A stretch of DNA of 64,000 bases from Azolla caroliniana. Its lineage: Eukaryota > Plantae > Polypodiophyta. Both the position numbers and the translations under genes were made by a program. The stretch covers positions 2,914,001 through 2,978,000 of the forward strand of contig JBHGNT010000011.1 in assembly GCA_043228905.1 (NCBI GenBank), read 5' to 3'. Below the pieces are notes generated by a model. The model was given only the letters and a program-made list of their open reading frames with translations, did no database searches and was not told the DNA's origin. Shown here piece after piece: positions 24,093 through 37,020 of this stretch; position 1 is the first letter of the stretch; each line of letters opens with the position of its first letter.

Positions 24093-27000
24093 AAATATTA
24101 TTAAATACAACATTTAAGTTCATTTTTATATCGTGAAGCACATTCTTCATGACACCGTTGCTGGGACTACAACATCCAGATTCAGCCTCGGTCGAGTTGC
24201 TCATCAACACTGTTCTTCTCACTTCCCATCCGGAGGGACCTGTTTCCTAACAGTCTTTGACCTAGATCTCCTTCCTATCGACTAACCCAATCGACTCTTC
24301 AACCATCGGCACTCACCCCAAACAGTTTGGCTCCTCCTTGTCTTCGACTGTCAGCACTTCTTGGCCCAAACAGTAGTCTCCTCCCACTGGAGGGACATAT
24401 TCCCAACAAGACCTCATCAAGCAGCTAAAGAACAAAAAGGTGGCCACGGAAGACAAAGTCAAAATGGGCATTGAAAGAATCCGGATGTTGGTCAAAGCAT
24501 GGAGGGACTAGACGAAAACAAGGATAGTCCACTACTCGGCGGCAATTTGGCATCAGTGGTCGAAACAAGCGGCGGAACTCCAACTACTCTGGGCGGATGT
24601 GGAAAACCGAAAGAAGGACGAAAACAATTCCTATAAGATGGATGAGGAAAGCATAGTCACCATTCAGGAGGAATTGTCAGAGGATTTTTATGTCCTGGCC
24701 GACACACAGATAGAGGATGTTTGGAAGCTCGTTGACGGACTTGAAGACGATCAACTCGACGTGCAACTATAGCTGAAAGGATATGAGCGGGAGCACCGGA
24801 GGAAGGATGTTGCACGACGAGCGGAGAAAATCAACATCAGTGATGAGGAGCAGCCGACGGAGGCAAGACCCCAGCAGCCAGAGTCATAGACGGATCCGTA
24901 GAAGGTAGGAGACGGAACAGAGGAGCCGGAGCAGAGCAACAACAACAGTCTCAACATCTAGATCTATAGCAGCAGCAGTAGCAAATGATGGAAAAAGGAC
25001 CGGTCGAGCCCTTGGACCAGAGTATACTAGACATCGAGAGCGCAACCGTGGGTTGGACGTGCAATGCCCTGTCCCATGGGTGTGCCATGTGTTGGCCTAA
25101 AGAGTATGTTCCGGAAGAGTAAGTGAATGGGGATGAGTTGACAAGTTGGAGTATAATAATATAATTATTAGTTAAGTAATATTATAGGAATGGACAGATC
25201 CAGATAGTTGTACCGATCCGGATCCGCACCAATTGATAGTCGGTAGTCGGTAAGACACCGTTTTGTAAGCTCTACCGAATGCCTATAAAAGGGTCTGGAA
25301 TTGATGTATAAAGTTAACGGAAGTAATAAGAGATTAGTGTGTTTGTTGTTCTTAATTCTATTGTTCCTTGTGTACTTGCCATTCTGTGCTTAAACTATTA
25401 ATCTTACGCGTGTTATAAGTAATCGGTTGCGTATTACGTAATCCGAAGGGCATCCGGGAATAGTCGGATCAGAATCGGATCAGCACCGGATAACATCCAT
25501 ATCCTAACCACCCTTTGGAGAAGTGTTCTGGAATGGACACCCTGTGTTTGTGGCTAAGTTCAACCCATGATAAACAATTTCTTTTCTCCTTCTCAATAAG
25601 CCTCTTTCTTGCAGTAATTCACAAGTCAGTTGAATGGGATTTTTATGCTATTCTAAACATAGAACACAGATAAGATCTATTATGGAAGTATTTATTTTCC
25701 CTCGATTTGTGGGTAGAAAAAGGAAATATATATATATATACATTTTTTTTCCTTTTTCTTTTTATCAATCAACTTTAGATTTTCTTATGTGATGATTATC
25801 GTAGGAATGCAAAGAGGTTCCTGAGGCTTCATATTGCGATTCAACAGGTAAATTACAAATTTTCGAACCAATCGTTTGCAAATCAATCCGCCATCGAAGC
25901 CACAAATAACTATATAAATCAATGTGTTACAGAAAATTGATGGTGTTTCAACTTACCACAAAGCCTTAATCAAGTGTGTTATAATATGATACAAACTTTT
26001 TGCCAGCTTCGGTTTCTAAGTCCATGGTTAAAATAAACAAGTTATTTAGGCTCCGATGACTGAGTCCCAAGCTTGGTCGTAGCAAAACCTACTACAGAAT
26101 GGAAGGCAGGAGGAGCAAGACTCTAGAAAAGTCTATTTACTTCTGAATCCATTAGTTGGGAATAGGAAGAAGAGGGGAAGTTTAAAAAAATTGGAACTCA
26201 TTTCTTCTCATTCTTATCTCCCCTTGCGCTTTCCTTCAATTTTGTTTATATATGAAGTCTAACTTAAGTTCCCCTCTACGCTCCCTAACCACTGACATTG
26301 TTTGACACTATCATCTGGCACCCCTTGCCGTCATCACAAACATTGTTATAGTCCATCATAGTCCACTTCGTATGTCATCCCTTAACACCTTTCCTTTTAC
26401 CCCTACAAATACCTAAACTAAAACAAATAAAAAAAAGTTCCCTATCCACAAGAAAAAGGAAAAGTATACTCGTCTTCCCTGAATACCCCTTTCATTCACC
26501 AATTAATTACTTGGACATACTAACTTATAGACACACATTAATAGTTATACAGCTATACATGCTCACACACATACATAAAAAATAGATCAAATAAATACGG
26601 ACATGTGTTACACATTTAAAAACTCACACACATTTATATAAAGATCTAGCACACATACGCCTCATTTGTATATTCTTAAAAGAAAAAAACATTTTACAAA
26701 CCCCATGTACATTCTTACGTACATATACATCTATAAACTCATGCAAATAGTGACATACATAACGCTTCGAGTCACACACACACACACATCTTCATAGATA
26801 TTCAAACATCAAATATATGCATTAAAATTGAAATCATCTTTCACACTCGTACATCCTCACTAGAACACGAGTTCCCAAAGGTAGTAAAAGTCCATAGACA
26901 ATAACTCGAGCGTACTCCATCATCTCTAGTGGACTTGATTTCGTTAACCTGCACGTGTGTTGTGTTATGACACCAGCACCAATTGCCCACACTATAATGG

Positions 27001-27499
27001 AGTCTACAGATCTGACTTCAATCCCTAGAATGAAGAAAAGAAATCATAGGTCATTTCAGGTCGTGACCTATGACAGAGCCTGTGTGCACTTCAACTTGGA
27101 CCTTAGGTATCATTGAGCAATCAAAGTTTTTCTCGGCATAAAGAATCCTCTAATGTAGTGTCACATTGGTGGTACACCCGTACATAAAGAAGAAAGGACA
27201 AGATGCTTGAGTCCAAGACCAAGAGTATGGTCTCATGTGACAACTCAGATCAGTCACCCTAGTCGGTTGATAACAAGTGTGGTCCCCGAATGAGCCATTC
27301 AAACATCATATTGTATCTTCACAACATCAGTTTCTGAATGTCAAAATTTGACAACCAATTATATATCCAGAACAATTCCAAATGCTCGTTCTTCATTGTC
27401 CTATATATTTACAACCTTTTCATCACTAGAGAAATCGTGATCAAGACTCAAAAGATAAAAAAAAAATCTTTCAAAACATTTAGAGATGAAGGACTTGAA

Positions 27500-29490
27500 T
27501 GCCTTACAATTATTTTCTAGGCATCAAGGTCATTAAAACTCCATATGGGTTCTTGGTCTCACAATGACACTACATGTTGAACCTGCTCTATAAGTTCAAA
27601 ATGACCGAATGTAAATCCATCATCACGCCCTCGATCGAAACATGAATTTAAGTATAAACCTCGGTGAGTTATATGAACTAATGCAATATCGGCAGATAAT
27701 GAGGAGTATCGCCTATGTGACAATCACCCAACTAGATCTTCGTTACTCAATCAAACTTCTTAGCTAGTTCATGAAAAACCCCCACGACACTAGCATGGGT
27801 TTTGCTAAGCAAGTGTAATGATATCTAAATGGAACAATCAATCATGAATGTGTTCTACAAGCACAAAGTATTGCTTTGACTATCAGGATTCATAGATGTT
27901 GACTGGGGAAGCAATGCATTTGACAAGAGATCTACATTAGGATTTATGTTTTCATTAAGAAGTGGAGCAATCTCCTAGCATAGCAAGAATCAACCAACAA
28001 TAGCTCTATTGAAGATTGAGCCGAATTATAGAGGCGTAGTTGTAGATATATGTGAAACCTTAATGCTTAAAAGACTATTCAAAAACTTTGAAGAATCAGT
28101 CAACCAACCAATCCCGATACACTTCAATAATCTCAACAACATGTAGCTCACAAGGAATTTGGTGTTTCATGCTTGACCTAAGCACATTGAGGTGCATTAT
28201 TATTATATCCATGGTCAAAAATTGGCCAAAGATGTCGACCTCCAATACATAGACACTAATGAGAAGGTGGCCAATATTTTCACAAAGGCGCTAGGTCTCA
28301 ATGAGTTGCGATGATTCTCAGTGGATCAAGGCCTTATAGCACTTGATATTCAAGCTTGAGGAGAAGTACAAGAAAAAGGACAATTACAAGAATGGTACCA
28401 AAACTGAGCTTATCTGAAGAAAGTCGGGTAAAGGCTCAACATTTGAAGATGAGAACTAGGATAAGCTCAACACTGGCATGACACTTGCAGATGAGGAGAT
28501 CTAGTGGAAACAAGACACCTAATGATAGTACAAGTACCTATGCCCTTTGCAAAAGGAAAAGACAAAACAACATGATATGAAAAAAGAAGATAAGCTCGAC
28601 GAAGAGCCAAGGGAAAAATCCCAACAAAGAAGAAGAGAGATGGGATAAGCCCAAAGAAGAATGAGTTGTTGAGATGATGAGAAGCAAAAGAGGAAAAGCA
28701 AGGTTGGCATCAACAGAGTGAGCCTGACACACACGATCAAACTCAATTGGGTGGTTGGGAGGGAAATCTTTACTATGAATCAATGATTGTCACAAGATAA
28801 AGGAAAAGAGAGGTAGGGTAAAACTCGCACAAGATCAACACCCGAATCAAAACATTGATTGGATAATCCTATCATAAAACCCCAACTCCCTAGGATTCCA
28901 TGATCGACTTTTTTAAATAGACAAGATCAACCTTGCCTAATCAAGGTGGAGTACAAAGGAGCAATGTGAAGACGAAGTCCCGATTCCCAACTATTTGAAC
29001 AACATCAATCGTATCTTCAACTACTATGAGACAATTGAGGTTAACAAGACACAAAGTTTACCTTTTGGGGACATATTGAGAATCAAGCTCAACTTGGGTA
29101 AAGGCACAATATGTGAAAGGTGTGTGGGAACACACTTTATTGTAATATGTGTGAACTATCTAGTTACACAAAGAACAATATTACTTGTCAAATATAAATG
29201 TGGCCAAACAATATTAGATATCTAGTTACTTGTCAAATATAAATGTGGTCAAACAATATTAGATATTCTTATGACAAAATTGTACTCAAGTGAATGTTTA
29301 TGACTAGACTCCATTAGCCTCAATTAATGTGGTAGTCCCTTGGGGACTTGTATATATGTATGTAAAGCCCACTAAGAGCATTACTTTATTAAGATGATTC
29401 TTAGTTTATCAATATAGTTTTTCTCTTGATTCTTTTTCTCTCACATGCACACAATGTTTCCACAGACCCCAGCTCGTTGAGATTCAACAT
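27500..29490 (+). mobile_element. Heavily decayed copia 3' part (RT/RNase H, 3' region, probable LTR)
   Basis: Remnants SGAIS.HSKNQPTIA, KHIEVHYYYI and ANIFTKALG. LTR-like segment ending TTCAACA near 29489. Confidence 0.7.
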
Positions 29491-30626
29491 TATTTACATA
29501 TATGAAGGAATTGTATACCGTGTTCCTAGTGATTTGGGGTTGACAAGGATTGTAATGGATTTTGTGCATAAAAAAACCAAGTATCGAGGAGAAGTCTATG
29601 TATAAACTTCCTAAACTTTAGAAAAGAGGAATTTGAACTCTCACTTTCAAGTAAATGGCATACCACCACTAAGCCACTTCCATGAGGTTTACAATGGAAT
29701 TTTTTACTTGGAAATCCAAGCATCAAAACAAATTTCACATTAAGAAGAAGAAAAGTTTATGTGAAAAGAGATTTGACACAAGTCCAAAATCTAGGAAACC
29801 TAATGCCTAATTGACCATCCAATGCTTGTATAAAAGAAGGAAATTCCCCATCATAAAGGATGTAACATGGGAAAAATCATTCCTAAGTTTAGGAAATGCG
29901 TATTGACATACATAGCCGAAACCCAAAAGAGTTGACAACAATAAGGCAACATGGATATTATATTCTACTTGTAGTTCAACTGTGGTATTGGTTAAACATG
30001 TTTAATATAAGTTTATAAAATTGTTCTCCAACAAAAGATCCTAATAATATCTATAAAAATAAGGCAATGTTAGGTTAGGTTTAGGATGGTACAACTTAAT
30101 GTACCACATTAACTTTTATTGCGTTTTTATGCTTCCCACATGTGCTCCTAAGTGTTCAATTATAAACTAATGAAATGGTTTATGAGGAACATGAAATTTT
30201 TCAAAAAACCCTAAAAAGTGAGACCATGATGTGGAGAAACCAATGCAGGCCTGATTACATTGGATTCATTTCTGTTACATCAAATCTTACAATTACAATA
30301 ATATTCTATACTTTTATACATAGACCTTATTGCTGCTACATGGAATACATGTATTGTGGACATCTTTTCTCTCTTATAACATTAAACATCACATCAAATA
30401 TATAAACATAAATGTAGTGTATGCGTTGATTCTGACATAAATTACTTTTGAACCTTTTTATTGATGTCACTACAAACATATGTAAAGCCTAAACAATCTC
30501 AACCTAAACAAACAAATTCCCTTTTACTTTAAAACTAGACTTTAAAGTATCTCCAAGACATTTCGTGTGGTTAGGATGAATCTAAAAATCTAGGGGTTTT
30601 GTGTCACTTGTACTTAAAGTGGGGGA

Positions 30627-30790
30627 AATCATGGCATAACACAATTGTGTGTGACAGAAAACTTATGAGGAACAAATAAGCAAGCTATGAAATCAAGAAA
30701 ATGTGTGGTTGAAATCATGGCATAACACATTTGTGTGTGACAGAAAACTTGTGGAACAAATAGACAAGCTATGAGATCAAGAAAATGTGG
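30627..30790. repeat. ~85-bp tandem duplication
   Basis: AAATCATGGCATAACACA.TTGTGTGTGACAGAAAACTT...CAAGAAAATGTG is present twice. Confidence 0.8.
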
Positions 30791-31744
30791 ACCATCATGT
30801 GGATCAATGATAGTGAAAGGTTGAATTATAAGGTTCTAAATTGAAATAATGATAATATTTATGAGGTTGGTGGGTGATTGTAAATTACAATAAGCTTTGT
30901 GTTCGCTTGAAGGAAAGTTGAAGCAACTTTAGCGACTTGCAATAATGTTCGTGTTCATAAGGCCGAAGTATATCATTAATTTTTAATCATGATGATACTT
31001 AGTGTTCACAAAGGTTGAATAACTCATTCTCGTAAATCTAGCTGGCTTTAATGAAAATATTTGTTTAGGAATTCCATGGCTCACCAATTGAGTGATAACT
31101 TGAGCTATTTTGGAGAGCTTGTAATTACTAGGCAAGGTCTTGAAAAGCAAGTTGGTTTTAGTGAAAATATTGGTTTAAGAATTCCATGGCTCGCCAATTG
31201 AGGAGTGCAAGTTACAAATCATTCATTCTAGCCAGGGTTTTCAAGTTCACACAATGAAAAGATTGGCATAATAACTCCAAGGCTCATTGATTGAGGAATC
31301 CAAGGCGAAAAGACCACCCAGGTAATCCGAAGGTTCTCCATTCAGCAACACAAGCTACTAACCACTCTCGTGATTTCAAGTTGTCCTTACTCACTAGGGT
31401 GAATGAATGTCCTTTTTGCTACGTAAAACAGAAGGGGATGGACAAGCAATGCACACCATAGATGTCTCCGTAAGTGGACGTTTAGTAAGAAGTTACAGAA
31501 ATGGACGATCAGTAAGACAAAAGGGTAAAATAATAAGATACAATTTACATTGCATTGATGCACATGACCCACATTATAAGAGTGTTACTATGGATCAATG
31601 TCTAGTACATTTATATGGGCCAAAAGGGTATCCTCAATTCAATCAAACATCAATGATGTAGAGTCTAGACCCACGTTATAGTTGTCTCCGGAAGTGGACA
31701 CTTAGTAGACCCAGGTTTTTCCCAGAATAACTCGAAGCTAAACA

Positions 31745-32192
31745 ACTACCATAAGAGTGTTTGATGAGAGGATAGTGGCGAGTCCTTCGACACATAACAT
31801 TCAAAATCCACAACCATTAGAGCAAATTGTGATGATATTGTGGATCACGGGGAGTGTTTTCACACTGTGGTTCCCATGGTTTTCTTATACATAGATATAT
31901 TTGCTCTTTGTAAAAAGGAGAGAAACCAAGTTTCACAAAATTTGAAGTTTTACTTCCTTCCAAGAGTAACTCGGTGAAAAAAAGCTACCAGAAGAGTGTC
32001 CGGAGAGGACAATGGCGAGTCCTTCGAGAGACGTAACACTCAAAAACCCGAGACCAATTAGAGCCGATTGTGATGATGTTGTGGATCACGAGGATCGGTT
32101 TCACACTATGGTTTTCTTATACAACATATTTTGCTCTTTGTAAAAAAAAGAAAAACCTAGTTCACAAAATTGAAGTTTTTACTTCCTTCCAA
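31745..32192. repeat. Diverged ~235-bp tandem duplication in the upstream region of the PI-PLC-X gene
   Basis: GGCGAGTCCTTCGA, TTGTGATGAT.TTGTGGATCACG, TTTGCTCTTTGTAAAAA and TTTACTTCCTTCCAA each occur twice in the same order. Confidence 0.75.
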
Positions 32193-32503
32193 AAGCCATA
32201 GTTTAAAAAAAAAAACACCAATGAAGACCATATATACATATATATATATATATCTTCATTACAATACATGTGACAGAAATTCATGAGTTTTTATTTACTT
32301 CATGATTCTCTAATGCAAACAGCAATTGGCTTTTACTTGCCAATCAATTACATACATACTTTGGCTTTATTTTCAAATTATTATTATTATTTTGTAATTG
32401 ATGAATGTTCTGTTAATTTATCTTGTCTCCTTCTTCTTTTTACCTGTGTATTACATATATGTGTGTGTATGTATGTATGTATAACACTGAAAGATCAGAA
32501 TCC

Positions 32504-35500
32504 ATGGCACCTCCATTATTAGTACATAGCCATGTCAGGCTTTTAATTCTTCAGCTAACAAATTTCCCTTTACTGTTACACCTCCTCATCTTAATCCTAA
32601 CACTATCTATCCAACCCTCCTCTGCTCTCCTTTGCAGACTTGGCCAATGCAAGGTCATTACATGGACTACTTTATTAATCTCTGTATAATTAACTTAGTA
32701 ATTGATTAAATTTCTAATTAAGTAACTTTAAGCCATGGATCCCCTTTTTCTCCCTTCATATTTAGTTAGCTAATGAGTTCATCAATCAATCAATCCCCTG
32801 TTTTTCAATTAATTAATCATTCAATGGATCCCCCCCCCCCCCCCCCCTACATCTGTAGATAGCTGATGAATTTCTAAATCAATCCCCTGTTTTTTTTTTT
32901 AAATTAATTGATTGATTAATGGATCCCCTCTGTTTATATTTTGGTTAATTCTAAAATCGCAGCTTCGAGATTTATGTTTGAGGGACTCAGATTGCTCGAA
33001 TGACCTTTTCTGCTCCACTTGTGTTGCCGATGGAGATCTTCTGCGACGATGTCATCGCTCCAAGGCCACCAATTTGTTCACAATTAGTAGTGTAATAATG
33101 GCTTGAAATTAATTCATTCTCTCTCCATTAATCAATGTATCATAATCATCCTGCCAGTTTAGGACTTTTCTTTCTACAAATTCATTTAGGGCTAAGCATA
33201 GGCTTAGGGTCTATAAACAATTTTAGGGTTTGGGGTTTCATAAGCATTTTTAGGGCTTGGTATTTTTTACAAGCATTTTTTTGGAGATTAGGGTGTAGGC
33301 ATTAAAAAGATTTTAGGGTTGAGGTGTTAACATTTTAGGACATTAAAGTAAGGTTTATAACCATGTCATGATTTGTAAGCAAATTCAGGGTTTATTATAA
33401 CCAATTTAGGGCTTGAACACATGGTAGGATTTAGGGTTTTATAAACCTCTTTTTAGAGACATTTTAAGGTTTAGGGTTAGGGTTTTATAAAGATGTGTGT
33501 GTGTGTGTGCGCAGAAAGGAGCTTCCATGCCCTTCAACAAATATTCATGGCTCACTACCCACAACTCATTTGCAATCGTGGGGGAGAAATCGCATACGGG
33601 CCAATCGAGGATAACTTTCGAGAATCAAGAGGATAGTATCACATCCCAACTCAATGTAATCAATCAATCCACTCAATCTACATGCCATTTGAAACCGATT
33701 AATGCTTTGCTTAATTCTTTGATATTATGCCTTTTGAAACCGATTAATGCTTAATGGATTGGTATTATACCCTCCGAAACTGATTAATGCTTAAATGATT
33801 GGTATTATGGTTTGATTGGTATTATGCCTTTTGAAACCGATTAATGCTTTGATTAATTCATTGTTATTTTCGTTCGATCTCAATGCACCATGATCACTAA
33901 ATCTAACCTTAATTAAAGGACCAATTTCGCCTGTCGATATCGACCCATTAATAGCTTGCTCTTGATGAACCATCCTATCCAAGTTTATAGTCTAGACATT
34001 TGAAGGTGTGGGCAAAAGTTTGGACAGATTTATATTGGGTCAAGAATACAAGTCTAGACAATTATGGTATATAGATTGGTTTACTAGACCATGACTAGAA
34101 GTAGAGTCGATAAAGTACATTTCTAGGTAAAGATTTTGCCTTGACATGTGTGGTCGACCAATATAAGCCTAGTTACTCACACATTTTGTGGTTGATCGGA
34201 GTCTCGACAACTATACTTTCAATATTGGCATCATATGAAAATACATTGGTTTACAATCTAGAAATAATCTTAACGCCTCGATAGTGACATGGGGATCATC
34301 AACCTCATGGACCATGCTTTGGACAACTATTTTCTGGACATAGACCCTTACTTAACATACATGTGATTACAATGAAGTAGAACTTCTTGTCGAATATTTA
34401 ATTCAAATATTGATTTCTTCATGGAATTACCACAGAATGGTGTAAGAGGCCTCATGCTTGATATGTATGATTTCCTTGGAGACGTATGGCTTTGTCATTC
34501 TTTCGGAGGTGTTTGCTACAACATCACAGCATTTGTAATTCTCTCTTCCTCTTGGTCACTTCATAAACTTTGCCATGATGACACTTATGTGATACTATCA
34601 TATTTTGTTGAATTCATGATTAGGAGCCAGCCATTGACACAATGAAAGAAATAGAAACCTTTTTGGCAACTAATCCCACAGAAATCATCACTATCTTCAT
34701 AGAGGATTATGTGAGAACACCAAATGGCTTAACAAAGTTATTCTCAAAATCGGGCTTGTTCAAATATTGGTTTCCGGTTTCGAGCATGCCGAAGAATGGC
34801 GAAGATTGGCCAACTATTACCGATATGGTGGCGAGAAACCATCGATTGCTTGTGTTTACATCGAATCGAACCAAAGAATTAAGTGAAGGCATAGCATACA
34901 ATTGGAAATATGTGAATGAGAACCAATGTGAGTATTGTAAAGGTGTTACAAATTTTATGAAAGCAATCAACCCACCCTCTACCTTAATCTCAATTAATTA
35001 ATGGGGAACATGTTTGTTAAAATAACATGACAATATAAAAGAACATTGTTGTCTTGCTTTAATATTAAGATCTTATGGCAAGGTAAACCATCTAAGGTGT
35101 TGTAAGACTAGTGGACATAAAGGCAACTACCGTTAAGGACAAGGTATACAAAGCTCAATAACAAAAATTGATTAATCAATTCCATTATCAACCTATGTAC
35201 CTTTGTTTGGCACTCTATGTAGGCCATCAAATGACAACTGGTTTCTCATTTGTAGTTGAGGATTAACACGATTTCTTACTCTAGGTAAGCTACTAAGATA
35301 TAAACATAAGGTTTTGAGTTCAAAACTAACATTTGTACATATTTCTTAGACAATATATATCACTTTTCGAAACCATTGATAAAACGATCTCATATATGGC
35401 CCCATTGATTCCCTCTCTTCCTCCGTTTTTCGATGTATTGACATGACACCCTCTATCTTTGTTTTTGTAACTTTTATCAATTGTAAACAACAATATATAA

Positions 35501-36537
35501 CATGGTTTATCTTGTTGTTAAGATGGCAATAAAGGAATGCAATCCGGGAATTGCTCAAATCGAGGAGAATCATTGCCATTGAATGCCACCAGTAGATCAT
35601 TGGTGTTGATGAACTTCTTCCCCGATGATCCACTTCAACCTCAAGCTTGCAAATTCAACTCAAACCCTTTACTAAAAATGCTCCCTACATGCTATCAAGC
35701 TGCTGGGAACAGATGGCCCAATTACCTCGCTGTAGATTTCTATAAGGTATGTTATAATGTTATGTGTTTACTTTATCATCTTAGGCTTTTATGGATGTTT
35801 TAGTGCTCAATGGTGGTTTTGAGATACAAGTTTAAAGTTCACAACTAGATTACTCTTGTCATAATTGCTTTCTAAATAGAATGCAACGAATGTGTGAGAC
35901 TAGAATTTCAAAAGTTTGAATGAAATGATCATAGCCAAATGAAATTTACTAGCATTGATAAAGGTTCTCAAAATGTCATAGACTCATATGTGTGTGTGAG
36001 ACTGTCCATAGTTCTATCTTGAATTGCATGAAATTACACAAATGCCAACAAATCGTCATCATATAAATGATATATATCTAACCTCCGATAAGTAGTCATT
36101 AGTAAAATTGAAAGAAGTATTTGTCTATGCTACACTAGCATGGAAGAGAAATTAAAATTTCATCTCATGGTTTTTACTCATTTAATATACAAACTCTATT
36201 TGTTGAGGAAAGAGGAGTGATGGTGGAGGAGCGTTTGCGGCATTGGATAGAATAAATGCAGGATTGATGTGCGGGTGCTCAAACATCAACATATGCAAGG
36301 TTTGCTTTGAAAACTAAGAAAGCATTTATACATGGTAATTGACGGTTTGTGATTATAATTGTTCAAACATGGCAGCTAAATTTAGCCTATGCAATGTGCA
36401 ATGAGTCTAGCGAGAATGGAACTTTTAAGCTACCTCAAGTAACTCCCTCAACCTCCAACATTTTACTTCCACTAACTCCATTTATTGTCACACTTAGCAT
36501 GACCATCTACATGACTCATTATTTTGGCACCTTGTAG
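32504..36537 (+). CDS. PI-PLC X-domain / PLC-like phosphodiesterase (At5g67130-like), 8 exons, ~431 aa: 32504-32653, 32963-33091, 33515-33655, 34436-34534, 34624-34927, 35523-35746, 36213-36299, 36376-36537
   Basis: All introns GT-AG with frame preserved. Motifs PFNKYSWLTTHNSF, NQEDSITSQLNNGVRGLMLDMYDF, EIITIFIEDYV, NRWPNYLAVDFYKRSDGGG and LMCGC. Hydrophobic N- and C-termini (signal peptide, possible GPI anchor). Confidence 0.93.
33155..33490 (+). repeat. Degenerate TTTAGGG-containing repeat in intron 2
   Basis: About ten TT(T)AGGG motifs, all on the + strand, ending TTTAGGGTTAGGGTTTT. Confidence 0.7.
33682..33856 (+). repeat. Minisatellite in intron 3 (TGCCTTTTGAAACCGATTAATGCTT core, 4 copies)
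   Basis: Core visible four times with variable linkers. Confidence 0.8.
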
Positions 36538-36707
36538 TCAAATTCCAAGGATCTTTTCCAAAAAAAACTCATTCTTTGATAATATGAAGACATAGTTGCC
36601 AGCCAACAATGGATTTTTACCAACTTCTTTTTTGTTATCATTTGCAAGTTACTACAAAATTAAAATATGGAGTAAACAAACTGTATTTTAACTGGTTTGT
36701 GTTATTC

Positions 36708-37020
36708 TATATGTAACATGGTAACTTATTTTCCATCATTTGTAAAAATGGCTTGGACAAACTTGTAAATCTCTCATACCAACATAATATTAGTTTTTCT
36801 CTAACCAATCAAAAAAAAGTTTTTAAGATCCGAAGTCAATATTTACGAAGTTGTAGAATTGTTTATATGTAACATTGTAACCTAAATTCCATCATTTGTA
36901 AAATTGGCTTGAACAACTTGTAAATCTCTCACACCAACATAATATTGGTTTTTCTCTCCCAATCAAAAAATAGTTTTTAAGCGTCGACATCAATATTTAC
37001 GAAATTGTAGAATTGTTTTT
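36708..37020. repeat. ~156-bp tandem duplication downstream of gene
   Basis: TATATGTAACAT...CCATCATTTGTAAAA...TTGTAGAATTGTTT is present twice. Confidence 0.8.

Larger units (their letters stand above)
23226..24154 (-). mobile_element. Solo LTR (929 bp), 4-bp TSD CCGT, containing tRNA-like boxes
   Basis: TGTC...GACA termini; CCGT at 23222-23225 and 24155-24158; (TG)n(GA)n tract. Ends CATGACA like the gypsy LTR at 52814-53256. Orientation inferred from that LTR. Confidence 0.85.
19577..24174 (-). mobile_element. Tnt1/Tork-like copia, 5' half (5' LTR, PBS, gag, protease, integrase)
   Basis: LTR 22690-24174, interrupted. PBS TGGTATCAGAGC at 22675-22686(-). Motifs KLTGSNY, CFYCGKPGHF, WVVDS, LWHKRLCHMSEKG, DNGREY and KLDPKTRPCIFLGY. 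Confidence 0.92.
18880..25495 (+). mobile_element. Non-autonomous LTR element (PBS-Met, leader, decayed unknown ORF, PPT, 3' LTR), 5' LTR missing, interrupted by a copia
   Basis: TGGTATCAGAG at 18880. ORF ATGGCATCAACATCC at 19562 appears to resume at 24175. PPT GAATGGGGATGA near 25125, then an LTR-like segment ~25134-25495 with TATAAAA, ending AACA. Confidence 0.6.
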
